This document shows positions 63,081 through 64,000 of a stretch of DNA of 64,000 nucleotides, one piece after another. The notes beneath the pieces are model-generated. The model was not told where the DNA came from and did no database searches. It worked only from the letters and a program-made list of their open reading frames with translations. Within the stretch, counting starts at the first letter, position 1. Each line of letters starts with the position of its first letter. The stretch is from Eledone cirrhosa (lineage: Eukaryota), in contig OZ024743.1 of assembly GCA_964016885.1 (NCBI GenBank), positions 193,564,001 through 193,628,000 on the forward strand. Direction: 5' to 3'. Both the position numbers and the translations under genes were made by a program.

Positions 63081-63325
63081 TACTTTATATATATAAAAAC
63101 TGTGAGGTTTGAAAGCTACTACAATGCGGTTCTGGTGAAAATATCCAGAAAACAAGATTGAGGTGAGACAAGTAATTCTGTATGTTACAACAGAAAGAAT
63201 CTTCACAACGCCATCTTGAGAATAAGAATAAGCATATAATTTGGTTGAAAAGAACTGAAGATTAATAAACAAATAGTGGTAGTAGTGTTGGTGGTGATGT
63301 AGTAGTAGTGGTAGTAGTTGTAGTG

Positions 63326-63356
<31 letters not shown>

Positions 63357-64000
63357 AAGCAGAAATCAAATGAAAACAAGTTTGTTATTACATAGCAAGT
63401 TGTTCATGTTTACTATTCCCACGGTTATTAATAAATGAAGCAAAATACTTCTATTTTTCTTTCAATATTGAAGTCATAAAATAACAACAACAACAGCAAC
63501 AGCAACAACAATAGCAACAAAAACCATGTAAATATAAAAAAAAAATCCAATTGCGAGAGTTAGAAGTATTGACGGCAATGCAAAACACTTGAAATTTGTG
63601 TTCTCTGAGGACTAATCTTTTGATCGTATAAGTATCTTGTCTGGCTTTCTCTACTGTTGTGACCATTTCAAAAATAATAAATAAACAGTCAGAAAGCTTC
63701 CTAATGATGGAGAGAAATCTCTCTTGATGATTCCTCTCGCTATATTTGATATTGAAGCAATATGCTTCAGGTACTAGATCCTGAGACCATATATTTTAAG
63801 CAAAGACAAGAGAACAATGACTAGAATTTTAACCAACTAATAAAGGTGGATATAAAAGAACATGGTTGACATCCTGAAGCTATCTAATGTGGGTTTAACC
63901 CCCCCCCCCCCCGAAATCCTACCACACTCAATATGTTAGAAGCAGCAGTCAAATCTTCTTCAGACCACACCCTAACATTTTAAAAACCAAAGGTCAGATT

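Overview
AT-rich, microsatellite-dense eukaryotic (animal) DNA. The repeat repertoire (RTE LINEs with (GAT)n tails, tRNA-derived CORE-type SINEs, long (TA)n tracts) suggests an octopod cephalopod; this is an inference. The only supported host coding sequence is one 196-nt cadherin-repeat exon on the minus strand (21576-21771), so the window is probably almost entirely intron of a large cadherin-superfamily gene. The rest is about 8 decayed RTE LINE pieces from at least 3 subfamilies, a dead mariner, an L1/Tx1 3' fragment, an R4/Dong-like relic, several SINE and MITE families, fold-back palindromes, and a 4.2-kb 28-bp satellite starting about 27 nt past the exon's splice donor. Main highlights: (1) a complete C4HC3 PHD finger inserted inside the RTE reverse transcriptase region, with all eight ligands kept in three divergent subfamilies; (2) a core-intact type I hammerhead ribozyme on the pre-mRNA strand, plus degenerate relatives; (3) a chimeric SINE whose middle and tail match two different RTE subfamilies present in the window; (4) (TA)n-embedded elements whose palindrome arms co-vary between copies; (5) near-identical inverted LINE copies bracketing the exon. 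Most ORFs in the supplied track are microsatellite or satellite artefacts.
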